A stretch of DNA of 64,000 bases from Macrostomum lignano (GCA_002269645.1 NIVC01003517.1:1-64000); one strand, 5' to 3'; positions 12,571-26,000 are shown, counted from the stretch's first letter. Notes: generated by a model from the letters alone, not told the origin. Numbers and translations: made by a program.

Positions 12571-14150
12571 TAATCAGTGTTATTATTACAAAAACTGGTA
12601 TGTATCCGTGTTTACTAAAAGACGATTTTCACTATGTCATCATGTCTCTGCGCTTAACCGAGAAACAATAAATTTTTTACTCTAGAAAAGCTAACTCTGA
12701 CACTGTTTGAGATCCCTTAATAAGCAGATAAAATCTTCACGATATGTTCAGAGCTTATTGATGCAACTATAATCGAAACAACTATTTTTAGGTGCTGGAG
12801 GATTTAACTGTTTGCGTTGTTTACTGTAGTCTATAATGAAGTCAACCAAAATGATTTAATCATGGATGCCGTATACCAGAAAAAATGGTATAAGGTTAAC
12901 GACGCTAGTAGAGACGCGTAACGGAGAAAACCTTTTTCAACCAAAGGAAAAAAAACTAAAAAACAAAACAAATGATGCATTCGATCGGTCAGAAAAAAAC
13001 GCCAGAATATTGATTAACACTAACTATATGAATGAAAATCATGGTAGGTGTCATGTACCCACATGTAAAACAGAAAAGCGCTGGAAATGTACTCAGAAGC
13101 CTAAGATGACAACAATCGAGACGTCAAAACAAAAAACAAACAACTGAAAACAGAAAACAAGCTGGGTGGATCATGAGTAGTCATTTGCGTCATAAACGAA
13201 AAAAAGTTGGCTGTTGGAGTTGCTAAAATGTCAATAAAAGTCTAGATCAAGTGGATTCAGTACTTTCTATTCGGCTAGAATTTCTTGAGTAGACACGATC
13301 AAGCAAGTCGGATAAAAACAACGATAAAATTTATTGAAGTATTTGTGCGAAAAAAGAGTTAAAGTTTGAAACTACTAGCTGCTAAATAATGAATAGTCAA
13401 AAGTAAAATCGATCTGTTAAGGCGATGAAGTTTAACAGTAAGATTTAATCGGATTGAGGTTTCAATTAAAATAGCGCAGGTATACAACCATAAAAATATG
13501 AGAAAATCAAGAGTTAATATACTAGCTTTAATTTTCTAGGAAAATAAAACAAAAAGAAGGTTCATGGAAATAAACAGACGAGCGCCACAATCCGAAATCG
13601 TTTGAATTTCGCAGAACGAAATTCTAGAAGAACGAAACAACCGGAGACCGACAAGCAGGCAAAATTCTGAGGCTATATCGATTGTTCTTTCCCGGATTTT
13701 TTGTTAGAGTTTTGTTTACGAGTATGGTAAATCCGTTCGCAATACACAACTGTGCAATGCATTTTGCGTTGGGAAAAAGCTACGAGTATTTGACAAAGAG
13801 TTCAAAGGTTCTGTCAAATTAAAGATTAAGATACTGAGAACCTCCTATCCTTCGGATGCTCTTGACTCCATTGTAATCCGCACGACTTGCGAGTGTAGCG
13901 TCCAATTCTACTTTTTCCATGGAAGGATACTAACATCAGAATCGAGCTAGATTTACTTTGTAGAGGCTTTCAAATTTTTAGGTTTAAATATTTTGACAAT
14001 AAAAACATTGCAAAAAACAGCAAAAACATACAAAGAGTATAGGAAAAATGAAAAATGAAAATGAAATATGATAAATATGAAACCAGTTTCACAAAGGATA
14101 TTGTTTAGCAGCATTAATTCAGTCCCAGTAGTCGCTAACCGTTCGAGTTT

Positions 14151-14590
14151 TCACGGCTCAACAGCATGATTGTCATATTTCAGATTTTTTCCGATCAGCA
14201 TGCCACCCCAGTACCAGTAGATATGAGATTGGTCCAGGGCTTTTAACTCCTGTGAATACTTATCCTTGATTTCTTGCAAAAATCTGCTGATTGTGGGATG
14301 ACCGGAGTGAGACGCATTCTTGAGCACGAAGAATTCCACTCCGACTGTCTGAGGCGTAGCGCACTGGAATGCGTCCAGACAGAGATGAATGCACAGAGCA
14401 TTCTCTGGCGTAGTGGGGTCAGCTTTCAAAATATCTTCAGTGAAACTTGCGCTAAATCCGTTTCTCAAAGCTTTTGAATCGACGAAGCACTGAGTGCAAA
14501 GCTTTTGCATGTGCCGCAAAATCTCAGTTGAGGTTGTCAGCCTCTTGACGCCTGAATCAACTGCAGCATAGATGCTCACGTGAGAGGCTG
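14151..14590 (-). pseudogene. Orphan 3' fragment of the endonuclease-domain gene created by the duplication
   Basis: Paralogous to 18889-19326; truncated at the duplication junction; frame still open. Confidence 0.8.
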
Positions 14591-15373
14591 CAGTCTCTCA
14601 TTGTCGAGTTTAGAAATACAACGGAGCGACTGCTAAGAGATCAGCTTGAGTCGATCTGCTCCAGCGTGCAGATCCAGCTGATGAACCGTCAGTCCGTGAT
14701 TGACCTCGAACGAGCAAGGATCAAAATCTTGCAGCTGAAAGCAGACGTCGATGAAATGATTTACCAGCTTCAAAGCTTAGGCATTTTAGAAGCTTTGGAA
14801 GCTGAAACGAAAGAAACCAGTAGTTTTGAAAAGTTTATATCAAAGATCCGTGAATTGACGAAAGCTAAGAAGACAAGGAATCCGGTAGTTGAGCTATTGG
14901 CGAAAATCATTGAACCCATCAATGTTCTGCTTGCGAACCTTGACGATGATCTGGGTGCAATGCAGAGAGGAAGATCTGTTAATGAAGAATCGTCAACAAG
15001 ATTCAATCAAGAGCTCCAGAAATCGATCGGGTTTTTCTCCTCAATGCTTCGTATCCTTTTATTCGGCTCTTCTAAAGATGAGTTTCACAAGTACGTAGAT
15101 GAAATCAAGTTTGGTCTGAGAGCTGCTGCCGGAGGTGCGCAGATAAGTCTTGAGGCGACTGGCATTGCCGCACGCTTGGCTGGAAGAATACTTGGAGTTG
15201 TGGGCTCGGCAGTCTTCACTGCTGTTGACATCGGATTCCTGGTGAAGTACTCAGCGGATCTGCACCGAGCTAGACAGGGTGAGGCCGCTGAAAAGGCCCA
15301 GCCAATTATCTGCTATAAGGAAATCTACGAGAAGCTGAGGGAAGAGGCTATGACTCAACTGGCTGAAAACTAA
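14590..15373 (+). pseudogene. Orphan 3' fragment of the ApoL-like exon created by the duplication
   Basis: Nearly identical to 10057-10840 (3 aa differences); lacks the N-terminal hydrophobic hairpin and the acceptor. Confidence 0.8.
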
Positions 15374-16108
15374 ATCCGGTAATCGAAAGCTATTCCTCTA
15401 TTTTAGAGGACACTATAGTGACAATGTCGAACAAAAGTAATAACTGGGATCGTGGTCCTTGCGGTTTAGGCTACTGGTTTTTATAATTATTCTTAGTAGT
15501 CTACTGGTTTTGATTTGGTAGAGTGCTGCCACCAGGTCCCCGATCTTCTCTAATCCTAGTACTTGGTGATTAGCGACTACCTTTGTGTACTGATATGGGC
15601 ATTGACTACCTGTAACAGTTTTACGTATTCCCCAACTTTATCCCCATCTTACCTCTTACTTTTCTAAGTTAGAATTTAGCTTCAAGACTGAAACTTCCTT
15701 GGAAACCAACCGACGGCCTTCTCTCTTGGAGCTTCAATTGCTCGCTAATTATAAGGAAGTCTCAAATTCACGATCTAACCCCACCATAATTTTATCCCTG
15801 GCTTAAACTACTGATAGTAGTGTAAACACATAACTGCACTATTACAATCTTTACTTTTTTGTTAGATTTTACTGCCGATTTTTGCGCAAAAATAGAAATG
15901 CTGTAAAATCACAGCGCACCAATTGCCAATAACCTACAAAGGATTGTAATTTTGAGGTGGGAAATCGAGACTCTACTGTAATTACAGAATTATTACAGGT
16001 GAAAGCACTCGTCTTTTTCATATATTGTAAAATGCCGAGTGTGTGTTTACCCCAAAACAGTTACCCCATGTCCACAATTATTAATTTTTGGTCTCATTGT
16101 TATCTCAA

Positions 16109-17305
16109 TGTTTACCCAAAAGACTGCTATGTATCCGTGTTTACCTAGAAAACTGCTATGTATCCGTGTTTACCTAAGAAACTGCTATGTATCCGTGTTT
16201 ACCTAAGAAAACTGCTATGTATCCATGTTTACCTAAGAAAACTGCTATGTATCCGTGTTTACCTAAGAAACTGCTATGTATCCGTGTTTACCTAAGAAAC
16301 TGCTATGTATCCGTGTTTACCAAAGAACTGGTATGTATATCCATGTTTACCCAAAAGACTGCTATGTATCCGTGTTTACCCAAGAAACTGTTATGTATAT
16401 CCATGTTTACCCAAAAGACTGCTATGTATCCGTGTTTACCCAAGAAACTTTTATGCACCCGTGTTTAACCAAGAAACTGCTATGTATCCGTGTTTACCCA
16501 AGAAACTGTTATGTATCCGTGTTTACCCAAGAACTGTTATGTATATCCATGTTTACCCAAAAGACTGCTATGTATCCGTGTTTACCAAAGAACTGGTATG
16601 TATATCCATGTTTACCCAAAAGACTGCTATGTATCCGTGTTTACCCAAGAAACTGTTATGTATATCCATGTTTACCCAAAAGACTGCTATGTATCCGTGT
16701 TTACCAAAGAACTGTTATGTATATCCATGTTTACCCAAAAAACTGCTATGTATCCGTGTTTACCAAAGAACTGGTATGTATATCCATGTTTACCCAAAAG
16801 ACTGCTATGTATCCGTGTTTACCCAAGAAACTGTTATGCATCCGTGTTTACCCAAGAAACTGTTATGTATCCGTGTTTACCCAAGAAACTGTTATGTATC
16901 CGTGTTTACCCAAGAACTGTTATGTATCCGTGTTTACCCAAGAACTGTTATGTATCCGTGTTTACCCAAGAACTGTTATGTATCCGTGTTTACCCAAGAA
17001 ACTGTTATGTATCCGTGTTTACCCAAGAAACTGTTATGCATCCGTGTTTAACCAAGAAACTGTTATGCATCCGTGTTTAACCAAGAAACTGTTATGCATC
17101 CGTGTTTAACAAAGAAACTGTTATGCATCCGTGTTTAACCAAGAAACTGTTATGCATCCGTGTTTAACCAAGAAACTGTTATGCATCCGTGTTTAACCAA
17201 GAAACTGTTATGCATCCGTGTTTACTCAAGAAACTGTTATGCATCCGTGTTTAACCAAGAAACTGTTATGCATCCGTGTTTAACCAAGAAACTGTTATGT
17301 ATCCG
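16109..17305. repeat. 29-30 bp minisatellite array, copy 2
   Basis: Same unit as 11581-12570, longer, with an expanded middle block of variant units. Confidence 0.97.
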
Positions 17306-18888
17306 TAATCAGTGTTATTATTACAAAAACTGGTATGCATACGTGTTTACTAAAAGACGATTTTCACTATGTCATCATGTCTCTGCGCTTAACCGAGAAA
17401 CAATAATTTTTTTACTCTAGAAAAGCTAAACTCTGACACTGTTTGAGATCCCTTAATAAGCAGATAAAATCTTCACGATATGTTCAGAGCTTATTGATGC
17501 AACTATAATCGAAACAACTATTTTTAGGTGCTGGAGGATTTAACTGTTTGCGTTGTTTACTGTAGTCTATAATGAAGTCAACCAAAATGATTTAATCATG
17601 GATGCCGCATACCAGAAAAAATGGTATAAGGTTAACGACGCTAGTAGAGACGCGTAACGGAGAAAACCTTTTTCAACCAAAGGAAAAAAAACTAAAAAAC
17701 AAAACAAATGATGCATTCGATCGGTCAGAAAAAAACGCCAGAATATTGATTAACACTAACTATATGAATGAAAATCATGGTAGGTGTCATGTACCCACAT
17801 GTAAAACAGAAAAGCGCTGGAAATGTACTCAGAAGCCTAAGATGACAACAATCGAGACGTCAAAACAAAAAACAAACAACTGAAAACAGAAAACAAGCTG
17901 GGTGGATCATGAGTAGTCATTTGCGTCATAAACGAAAAAAAGTTGGCTGTTGGAGTTGCTAAAATGTCAATAAAAGTCTAGATCAAGTGGATTCAGTACT
18001 TTCTATTCGGCTAGAATTTCTTGAGTAGACACGATCAAGCAAGTCGGATAAAAACAACGATAAAATTTATTGAAGTATTTGTGCGAAATAAGAGTTAAAG
18101 TTTGAAACTATACTAGCTGCTAAATAATGAATAGTCAAAAGTAAAATCGATCTGTTAAGGCGATGAAGTTTAACAGTAAGATTTAATCGGATTGGGGTTT
18201 CAATTAAAATAGCGCAGGTATACAACCAAAAAATATGTGAAAATCAAGAGTTAATATACTAGCTTTAATTTTCTAGGAAAATAAAACAAAAAGAAGGTTC
18301 ATGGAAATAAACAGACGAGCGCTACAATCCGAAATCGTTTGAATTTCGCAGAACGAAATTCTGGAAGAACGAAACAACCGGAGACCGACAAGCAGGCAAA
18401 ATTCTGAGGCTATATCGATTGTTCTTTCCCGGATTTTTTGTTAGAGTTTTGTTTACGAGTATGGTAAATCCGTTCGCAATACACAACTGTGCAATGCATT
18501 TTGCGTTGGGAAAAAGCTACGAGTATTTGACAAAGAGTTCAAAGGTTCTGTCAAATTAAAGATTAAGATACTGAGAACCTCCTATCCTTCGGATGCTCTT
18601 GACTCCATTGTAATCCGCACGACTTGCGAGTGTAGCGTCCAATTCTACTTTTTCCATAGAAGGATACTAACATCAGAATCGAGCTAGATTTACTTTGTAG
18701 AGGCTTTCAAATTTTTAGGTTTAAATATTTTGACAATAAAAAACATTGCTACACCAAAGCAAAAACAATATACAGTACAGAAAAAATGAAAAATTAAAAT
18801 GAAATATGATAAATATGAAACCAGTTTCACTAAGGATATTGTTTAGCAGCATTAATTCAGTCCCAGTAGTCGCTAACCGTTCGAGTTT

Positions 18889-20658
18889 TCACGGCTCAAC
18901 AGCATGATTGTCATATTTCAGATTTTTTCCGATCAGCATGCCACCCCAGTACCAGTAGATATGAGATTGGTCCAGGGCTCTTAACGCCTGTAAAAACTTA
19001 TCCTTGATTTCTTGCAAAAATCTGCTGATTGTGAGATGACCGGTGTAATGAGCATTCTTGAGCACGAAGAACTCCACTCCGACTGTCTGAGGCGTAGCGC
19101 ACTGGAATGCGTCCAGGCAGAGATGAATGCACAGAGCATTCTCTGGCGTAGTGGGGTCAGCTTTCAAAATATCTTCAGTGAAACTTGCGCTAAATCCGTT
19201 CGTCAAAGCTTTTGGATCGAAGCACTGAGTGCAAAGCTTTTGCATGTGCCGCAAAATCTCAGTTGAGGCTGTTAGCCTCTTGACGCCTGAATCAACTGCA
19301 GCATAGATGCTCACGTGAGAGGCTGCTGGCTGATTGTTGTAGCTAGCTGCAAACGGCCATTCTATTTTTGGGTCGGAAAAAAGTTCATACTCAAACTTTG
19401 TCGCTACAGCGGGGTCATCCTCATTTTTACATGTACAGTTCAGCTCTAACGACGCTTGAACAGAGCGGTCATATAAATATTTACCGGTATTTTTTGAATT
19501 CGGGATTCTCGTATCTGTCGTAGTTTGAGATAACAACAGTATGAAATTCTTCTCTCCTTTTTCGAATTTATTTATCCTGACGTCTGGTGCAGATAATTTG
19601 CTTTGAGGGAAACCAATATCATTAACATCAAAGTCTCCCATGACGATAATCCATTGGCTTCCTGCGTTGAATTTGCTTGTCAGAAAACTTTTGAGCTGCT
19701 TCCAAAAAGTGTCGTGCTCTAGTTTAACATTTTTCTGTCTTGGCGCGAACACTTGCACTACGGTGCCGAAACCTTCCGTGCAGTTCAAATCCACACCAAT
19801 GATTCTGCTCGATACGAAATCGAAATTAAGGACGGACTTCTGAAGCTCATCGCCTCTAACGACAATTGCCACTCCTCGGTAGGCCGTGTCGCTATTACCA
19901 CAATGAGCGACTAAGTAGTCGCTAGAGTTTTGCTGTTCGGTAGTAGTTCCTTGATCCCTTGATTCATTGATTCGAAACATTCCTTCTCCCATCCAATGTG
20001 TCTGTCCGATGCCTAGGAGGTTCACTTTGTTATCTTCACTTTGCATCGCTTTCAAAAGTGCCGCAAAATTATGTTGGTTTTGGTTTTCTTTCTTATTGAT
20101 TTCTGGCAAAATATTGCATCCATGTATTCCTCTATTGACTGTTGCAACTTGTACTTGGCCTGAAATTAGATACAATTGATTTTGATTGAAATTCGATCCA
20201 GCGCACAAAATACGTTTATAATTAAGGGATTGACTTTTAACCCACTCTGAAGTGTCTTACTCTGAAAGAACATATCTAACCTAAATAAAGAATTAAAAAA
20301 AATTCTGTTCTGCTTCTATTCACAAAAGTAGTTTATATCTTGGTCTTTTGCATACGAAAAGGGGGTTTTCATGCATCCCCCATCATCAAAATATATATTC
20401 AAAATATCTTATTTCTATAGAATTTCTATAGCAGTTTGCAACTGCAACTGCAATCGAGCTACAATTCATTTTAGTGCATGTTAACTATGGTAGGCCAGGC
20501 TCTATCCAGTCTGATTTTCTAAGATCTGAGTGTCAGAACCTGCGAGCATATTTTGGGAACATTCACCACTGAACCAAATGCATTTCTGATGTACAACGTA
20601 CGAGCCAATTTGCAGGTATTAACCAGTACTTACCTTTAACGGTTGAGGACGAGGCCAT
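18889..20658 (-). CDS. Two-exon gene (431 aa): RTE-type exonuclease/endonuclease/phosphatase-fold domain with degenerate active site plus unknown C-terminal domain
   Basis: Exon 20658-20634 (MASSSTVK, donor AAG/GTAAGT) joins exon 20159-18889 in phase 1. Motifs VATVNRG, LLGIGQTHW, RGVAIVV, SSRIIGV, VQVFAP, IIVMGDFD match the RTE endonuclease pattern. No reverse transcriptase follows. Confidence 0.75.
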
Positions 20659-23011
20659 GACAGACAATTTTTGCGAGCCTAGCTGTTGTTGTTTTGCCGC
20701 TGAAAAGGCATGACGTGCAAAATCTATTTAGACTTTGAAATCCATTATTTTGTCGCTGATTCGTACTCAACAACGAAATCTCCATAACAGGCTCTACGCG
20801 TATGCTTGCTTTCTGGTAAAGGCTTTTCGGGATTAAAATTTTTGAAGCAAAAATTGTAACCCTAACTTTAACTTCGAGTCGATGCGTTTCTACATAATCA
20901 AATAAGCTACTCGCATAGTACACTTGTACTATAGCAATTCGTATTCTAGCACTTCAAGCACTTCCAGATCCATAGTTAGTTTCAGCACTCTTTTTCTATT
21001 TTGTTGGTTTTGGGGTGCGGTCGTTAGGGTGAACGCTTCAACGCAAGGGTGGTTAATAATCTTAACTTTGATTGAATTCAATTTGTAGTACAAACAATTC
21101 AACTGAAAATCTTAGACTCAGCTGTAATAATCTAGATAGATATTCTTTATCATTCGATCGAGTCAACGAGTACAAACTCTGTGAGATAATTCTCAAAGCA
21201 AATCGTAATTTTGAGAATACCACGACAAAAATGGTTTGTGGCTGATAAATACTTACACAAAACGTCGAAGTAGAAGCTTCTCTTCAAAATAAAGGCTGAG
21301 TCAGTCGGTCGCAATCAGTGGCAAGCTGGCGAGCTCGGGAACTTTCAATGGAATTAGTAGCGGGTGTCGTTTTGAAATACCAAAATGGGGTGAAGAGGGC
21401 TGACTCTGGCTTGTCTTTACTTAAAGCCCTTTGGGTTTAGTCAGAAAATCGATACAACCTCTGCCAGCCGGGCAGGCAGACAGCAAACTGTACATTTTTA
21501 CCGTTTCTCGTCCAGTGCAGGAGGGAGACAAAGGACAGGCCGGGATAGAGTAAACACGGTGTACTATGGCAGGCAGGCAGCATGCACAGATACGTGGGTG
21601 GAGAAGAAGTGGAAAAGTGGGTGGGGGTATACATGATCGCCTTCCCTTTTTCGATCTTAAGCTCATTAGAGTACTCAGCAGAAATTTTTTTTTCAATTCT
21701 CTTTTTCAGTGTACACAAGTGTCCGGGACTGCAGTTGGGCAACTTGACCTGGACGGTTGACAAACGGAGACGGCTGGCCGGAGAATTCTGAATGAGCCCG
21801 GCGCGGAGGCCGCTCCTGGGGAGCCCAACCCCGACTGGGCATGGCTACCGAGGTGTGGATGCATGGGCCAGCCCGCACAGTAGGACAATGAACTTGCCTT
21901 TGAAGTTGCCTTTCGCTGTCCGAAAAGCCGAATCAAAGTGCGACTTGAGAAGTAGAAGAGCGGGACACTTGCTTCTTAAAAAATTCAATAGGAACGGCTT
22001 GGTTATACACTGTAATACACTGTAGAGATAACAAGGCTGGTGAAGTTGAGAACTGCTGGCAAAAAATGCAGCTTAGAGTGTGCGGTCAGTCCAAAGGTCT
22101 CATTGCCAATGACTGAAAATCCTTAGCAGTCCCCTTCTGTTGTTGAGCAGTACTCGAGGCTTTATTTCTCTTTATTTCGTAAGTCAATTTTATGAAGAAC
22201 AGGAATTACATGTAGAAACATTTTCAACATTTTGTGTATTTACGAATTTTTGCGTAATAGTCGTCTCAATATTAGTTCCAACCCGTGCTAATACTAAGGT
22301 ACATGTATATAAATTAATTTTATATATCAAAGATATGATTAGTCAAATCTTATTTAATGCTAGTATCCAAATTCTGAATGAAAACTTACATGTAGCTTCC
22401 TAATCGGTACAGAGGTTTGTAAAAGCCTCTGGTTTCGTGAGAAGAAAGGCAATCGACTGCTTAAGCATGCCCCGCATTTACTCAGGACAGGCTCACCTAC
22501 CTCGGCCCAAACCCAGACCTCTCCGACGTTTTCAGGCCCCGCGAGAATCTCTGCCAGCTCGTCCGCTAGCTACCTAAGGGCTACCGGGCTAGCGACCATC
22601 CACATCCTGGACTCTCCCGGAGGGGGACCGCGCTGCGGACACCGGCACCACCGCAGTGCGGTCCAGTGAATGCTACTTCAAGTGAAGGTAGCCAAAGCTT
22701 AAGGCAAATGAGTTTAAAAGTTAATTCATATATTTGGTCATTACAAGTAGTAGAATAAAAATTTGAATTTCAGGATCTATTTTAAAAAAAAACAAAAAGT
22801 AGCCATTAAATACTACGAGCATAGATTTTCAAATGAGACAAGCTCAAAATGGATGCTTGAGTTCTTTTTCACAGCTTCTTGTCCTTGAAAAGTTGAATTA
22901 AAATAAAATTTGACACGATATGAGCGAAAAATTAATAAAAATTATAAATAATGAGATACTTAGAAGGCTTTTTATACTTTCTGCGTGCACAGTTTCAAGA
23001 TCTAATATGAG

Positions 23012-26000
23012 CTACTGCTTGGCAGTGGACATCTGCCGCTGAATCTCAGCCAGCCCTTTCATCAGTTCCTTCATCTGCTTTGCCAGCTTCTTCTGAGATT
23101 TCCGTTGTTTGCTCAGCTGCTTCTCAATTGCCGCCAGGCGGTCGCCTCCGTCGCCTCGCGACTGCGTCAACAGCTCCCGATGAAACTCCCGACGAAAATC
23201 CTTGAGCAGGGATCGATTCGACTCAGCCAGGATGTTCTCGTTGTGCGCTTTGAGACCATCGTAGTCGCTTTGATGCTTCTCAAGTCCCTGCTGCAGGGTG
23301 GGCCGGCACAGTCGTAGCTGCAGGGCTTGGTAGATGAGGAACTGTCTGTAGTCCTCTGGGTAGCCTTCCATGCATTCTGTGCTCTGCCACCACTCCTGGT
23401 GCTGCTAGGGACAGGGGAATATTTATGCATAATTATTTAATTGCTAAATAAATATTTGATATGCTGCTTTGCTAAAAACTCCAGCAGCCGCGAACACACG
23501 TGACCATAACTTACCTACCTAAAGACAGTGGCAATCACCAACAGACACTGGCCCTCACCAATAGACAGTGGCACTCACCAACAGACAGTGGCACTCACCA
23601 ACAGACAGTGGCACTCACCAACAGACACTGGCCCTCACCAATAGACAGTGGCACTCACCAACAGACAGTGGCACTCACCAACAGGCAATGGCACTCACCT
23701 ATAGACATTGGCACTCACCAATAGACATTGGCACTCACCAATAGACAGTTGCACACACTAATAGACAGTGGCACTCACTAACAGACAGTGGCACACACGA
23801 ATAAATACTGGCACCCACTAAAACGCAGGTACACCCAACCTGAGAGACAGGGGAGCCCACTAAGACAATATCGGCGCCCTTTGGGTTCCTGCTACTCCCT
23901 CCAATACAATTTTTTGTGTACACCACTGCATAAAATTTTATAGGTAAGCTACAAAGTTGAAAATTTACATTAACTATGACATAAAACCAATCTTCAGTTG
24001 GTAATCAAAGCAAAAAGCAGAGAATATAATATCAAAGTATGCGTCAAACAATACTCTGACTATTGCGTACACAATGCAAGTAAAATCAATAAACTTATTC
24101 AACTTTTCGACATTGCTTCGATGGCTCTTTTGACATAAGAATGTCTTTAGTCATTTCCATGGACCTGCATGGTTTTATCTCACCTTGTAAGCCACTTTGA
24201 CCAACGCCTTTACAGGCACGAGCTCGTGAGTCATTAAATAAATAAATACTTTCTCAGAAAAAGTTTAAGAGAACTTACATCTTCAGAGATTCGCTGGTCA
24301 GTACGATCTGATTCTGTCTGGCCAAGAGTCGGGTGCACTTGACATTGGCGTTTTTTGCAACAAGTGTGCAGAGCTGTCCCCTTCAGATAGTGGCACTCTC
24401 ACTTTCAGACAGTGGCACTCTCACCTTCAGACAGTGGCACTCTCACTTTCAGACAGTGGCACTCTTACCTTCAGACAGTGGCACTCACCAACAGACAGTG
24501 GCACCTACAGAAAGCATTGGCGCCACCAAAAAGCAGGTACACCCAACCCGAGAGACAGGGGTGCCCACTAAGACAATATTGGCGCTCTTAGGGTGCCGTG
24601 TTACCTCTCCATTACAAATTTCTATGTACATATACGTCCCTGCATAAAACGTTCTCAGAAAAAGTTTTAAAAAGCTTACATCTTCAGGGATTCGCTGGTC
24701 AGTGTTAGATTCCGTCTCCTCAGGAGTTGGGTGCACTTGACATCGACGCTTTTTGCAGCAAGTATGCAAAGCTCGCAATGGTCGAATCAGAGCATTGTCC
24801 AGCAGGGAAAGCGGCAGGGGCAGCACGCTGACCATCCGGAACTGCTGCAGCATGTCGTAGCTGGTCTTGCGCCAGATGACCACCGTCTTGCTGGCCAGAC
24901 GGGACACCGACAGGCTGAACAGGGCGATGAGGAGATTCCACATCACGATGTTCACCAGAAGAAGAAATACGAACAGCATGAATCCGTTGAAAGCCTCTCT
25001 GAGGTTCAATGGGAGTAGGGAAATGCATACTAGTCTTACAATAATTTTGCAGTCTGAAAGCTTAAGAAAAGTTTTTGAGAAGTGTAAGAATTTCAATAAA
25101 AATTACTACGACTATTGCCTTTGACCCTTTAGCCTCCCCTGCTTTAAATCAGTAACATTCTGATTCTAACAAACAGATAAACTACCTGCCGTCAGGATGC
25201 ACGCAGGTGAGGTTGGCGGTGTGTCCCGCAGCGATGGATGCCGTGGAGCAAGCTGTTAAGTCGGTCTTCTGGTACATCGTGTACGCAACAAAGCCGGGAA
25301 GGCTGAAAATCTCTCGTACGGTTGGCCACACAGGTCGAGAAATGCCCGCTACGGGGCTTCCGTTAATGAAACTGAACGACGGGTAGAGCAACACGAGAAA
25401 GAACACACCAAATGAGAAAATCATCACAGCCAGAATTAGCAGGAATGGCATTAGATCATCCAGCAATAGGCACTGCAGCATGGAGACCTTGGGTCCGATA
25501 GTTTTCTTATAGGCCAGCAGCCGAAGCGTACGAAAGCCCCATAGTAGAAAGGAGGTCGCCAGAGTGACCTGGCAGCCATAGGACTCGCCCGACATGGTGG
25601 CGAACAGGTGAGCCTTCAATCCCAGGCCCACCCAAAGAAATAAAAGCGCCAATAGGTCGCAGTAGTTGTAGAAATCAGTTTGATCAGAAAGCGACATCTT
25701 GACGATGCGCTTAAGCCAGTACTTTTCCACCGGCTGCCAACTTGAGGCCATGTCGGCAATCTCGTGAGCAGTGAGCGCGGCCGCAAACAGCCACATCAGC
25801 GTGTCCGGAGCAGCGTTGGCAAACGTGCGAGAGAAGTCGGTCACGTACCAGGCAAAGTAAGCCAGGAACACGAAGTACGAAATCACAAAAGAAAGGAACC
25901 TGTCTCGAGTGCTGCAACCTGATTGCGAGTTTATTTCGACATCTTCCCCAGTCTCCGAGGCCTGCTTCTGCCAAGGGAACGGCTCTCGTTGTTTCCAAAG

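Larger units (their letters stand above)
10057..19326. repeat. Tandem segmental duplication: unit 1 10057-14591, unit 2 14590-19326
   Basis: ApoL 3' part, intergenic DNA, minisatellite and 3' part of the endonuclease-domain gene all recur in order (initial offset 4533 nt); junction GAGAGGCT-GC-AGTCTCTC with 2-nt GC microhomology. Confidence 0.95.

Noticed and set aside
11805-17420. Long repetitive ORFs (MYPCLPKK...)
   Set aside because: By-products of the 29-30 bp minisatellite, open in several frames.
21400-22030. Overlapping ORFs on both strands and a strong + strand acceptor at about 21709
   Set aside because: No recognisable domain and no partner exon found.
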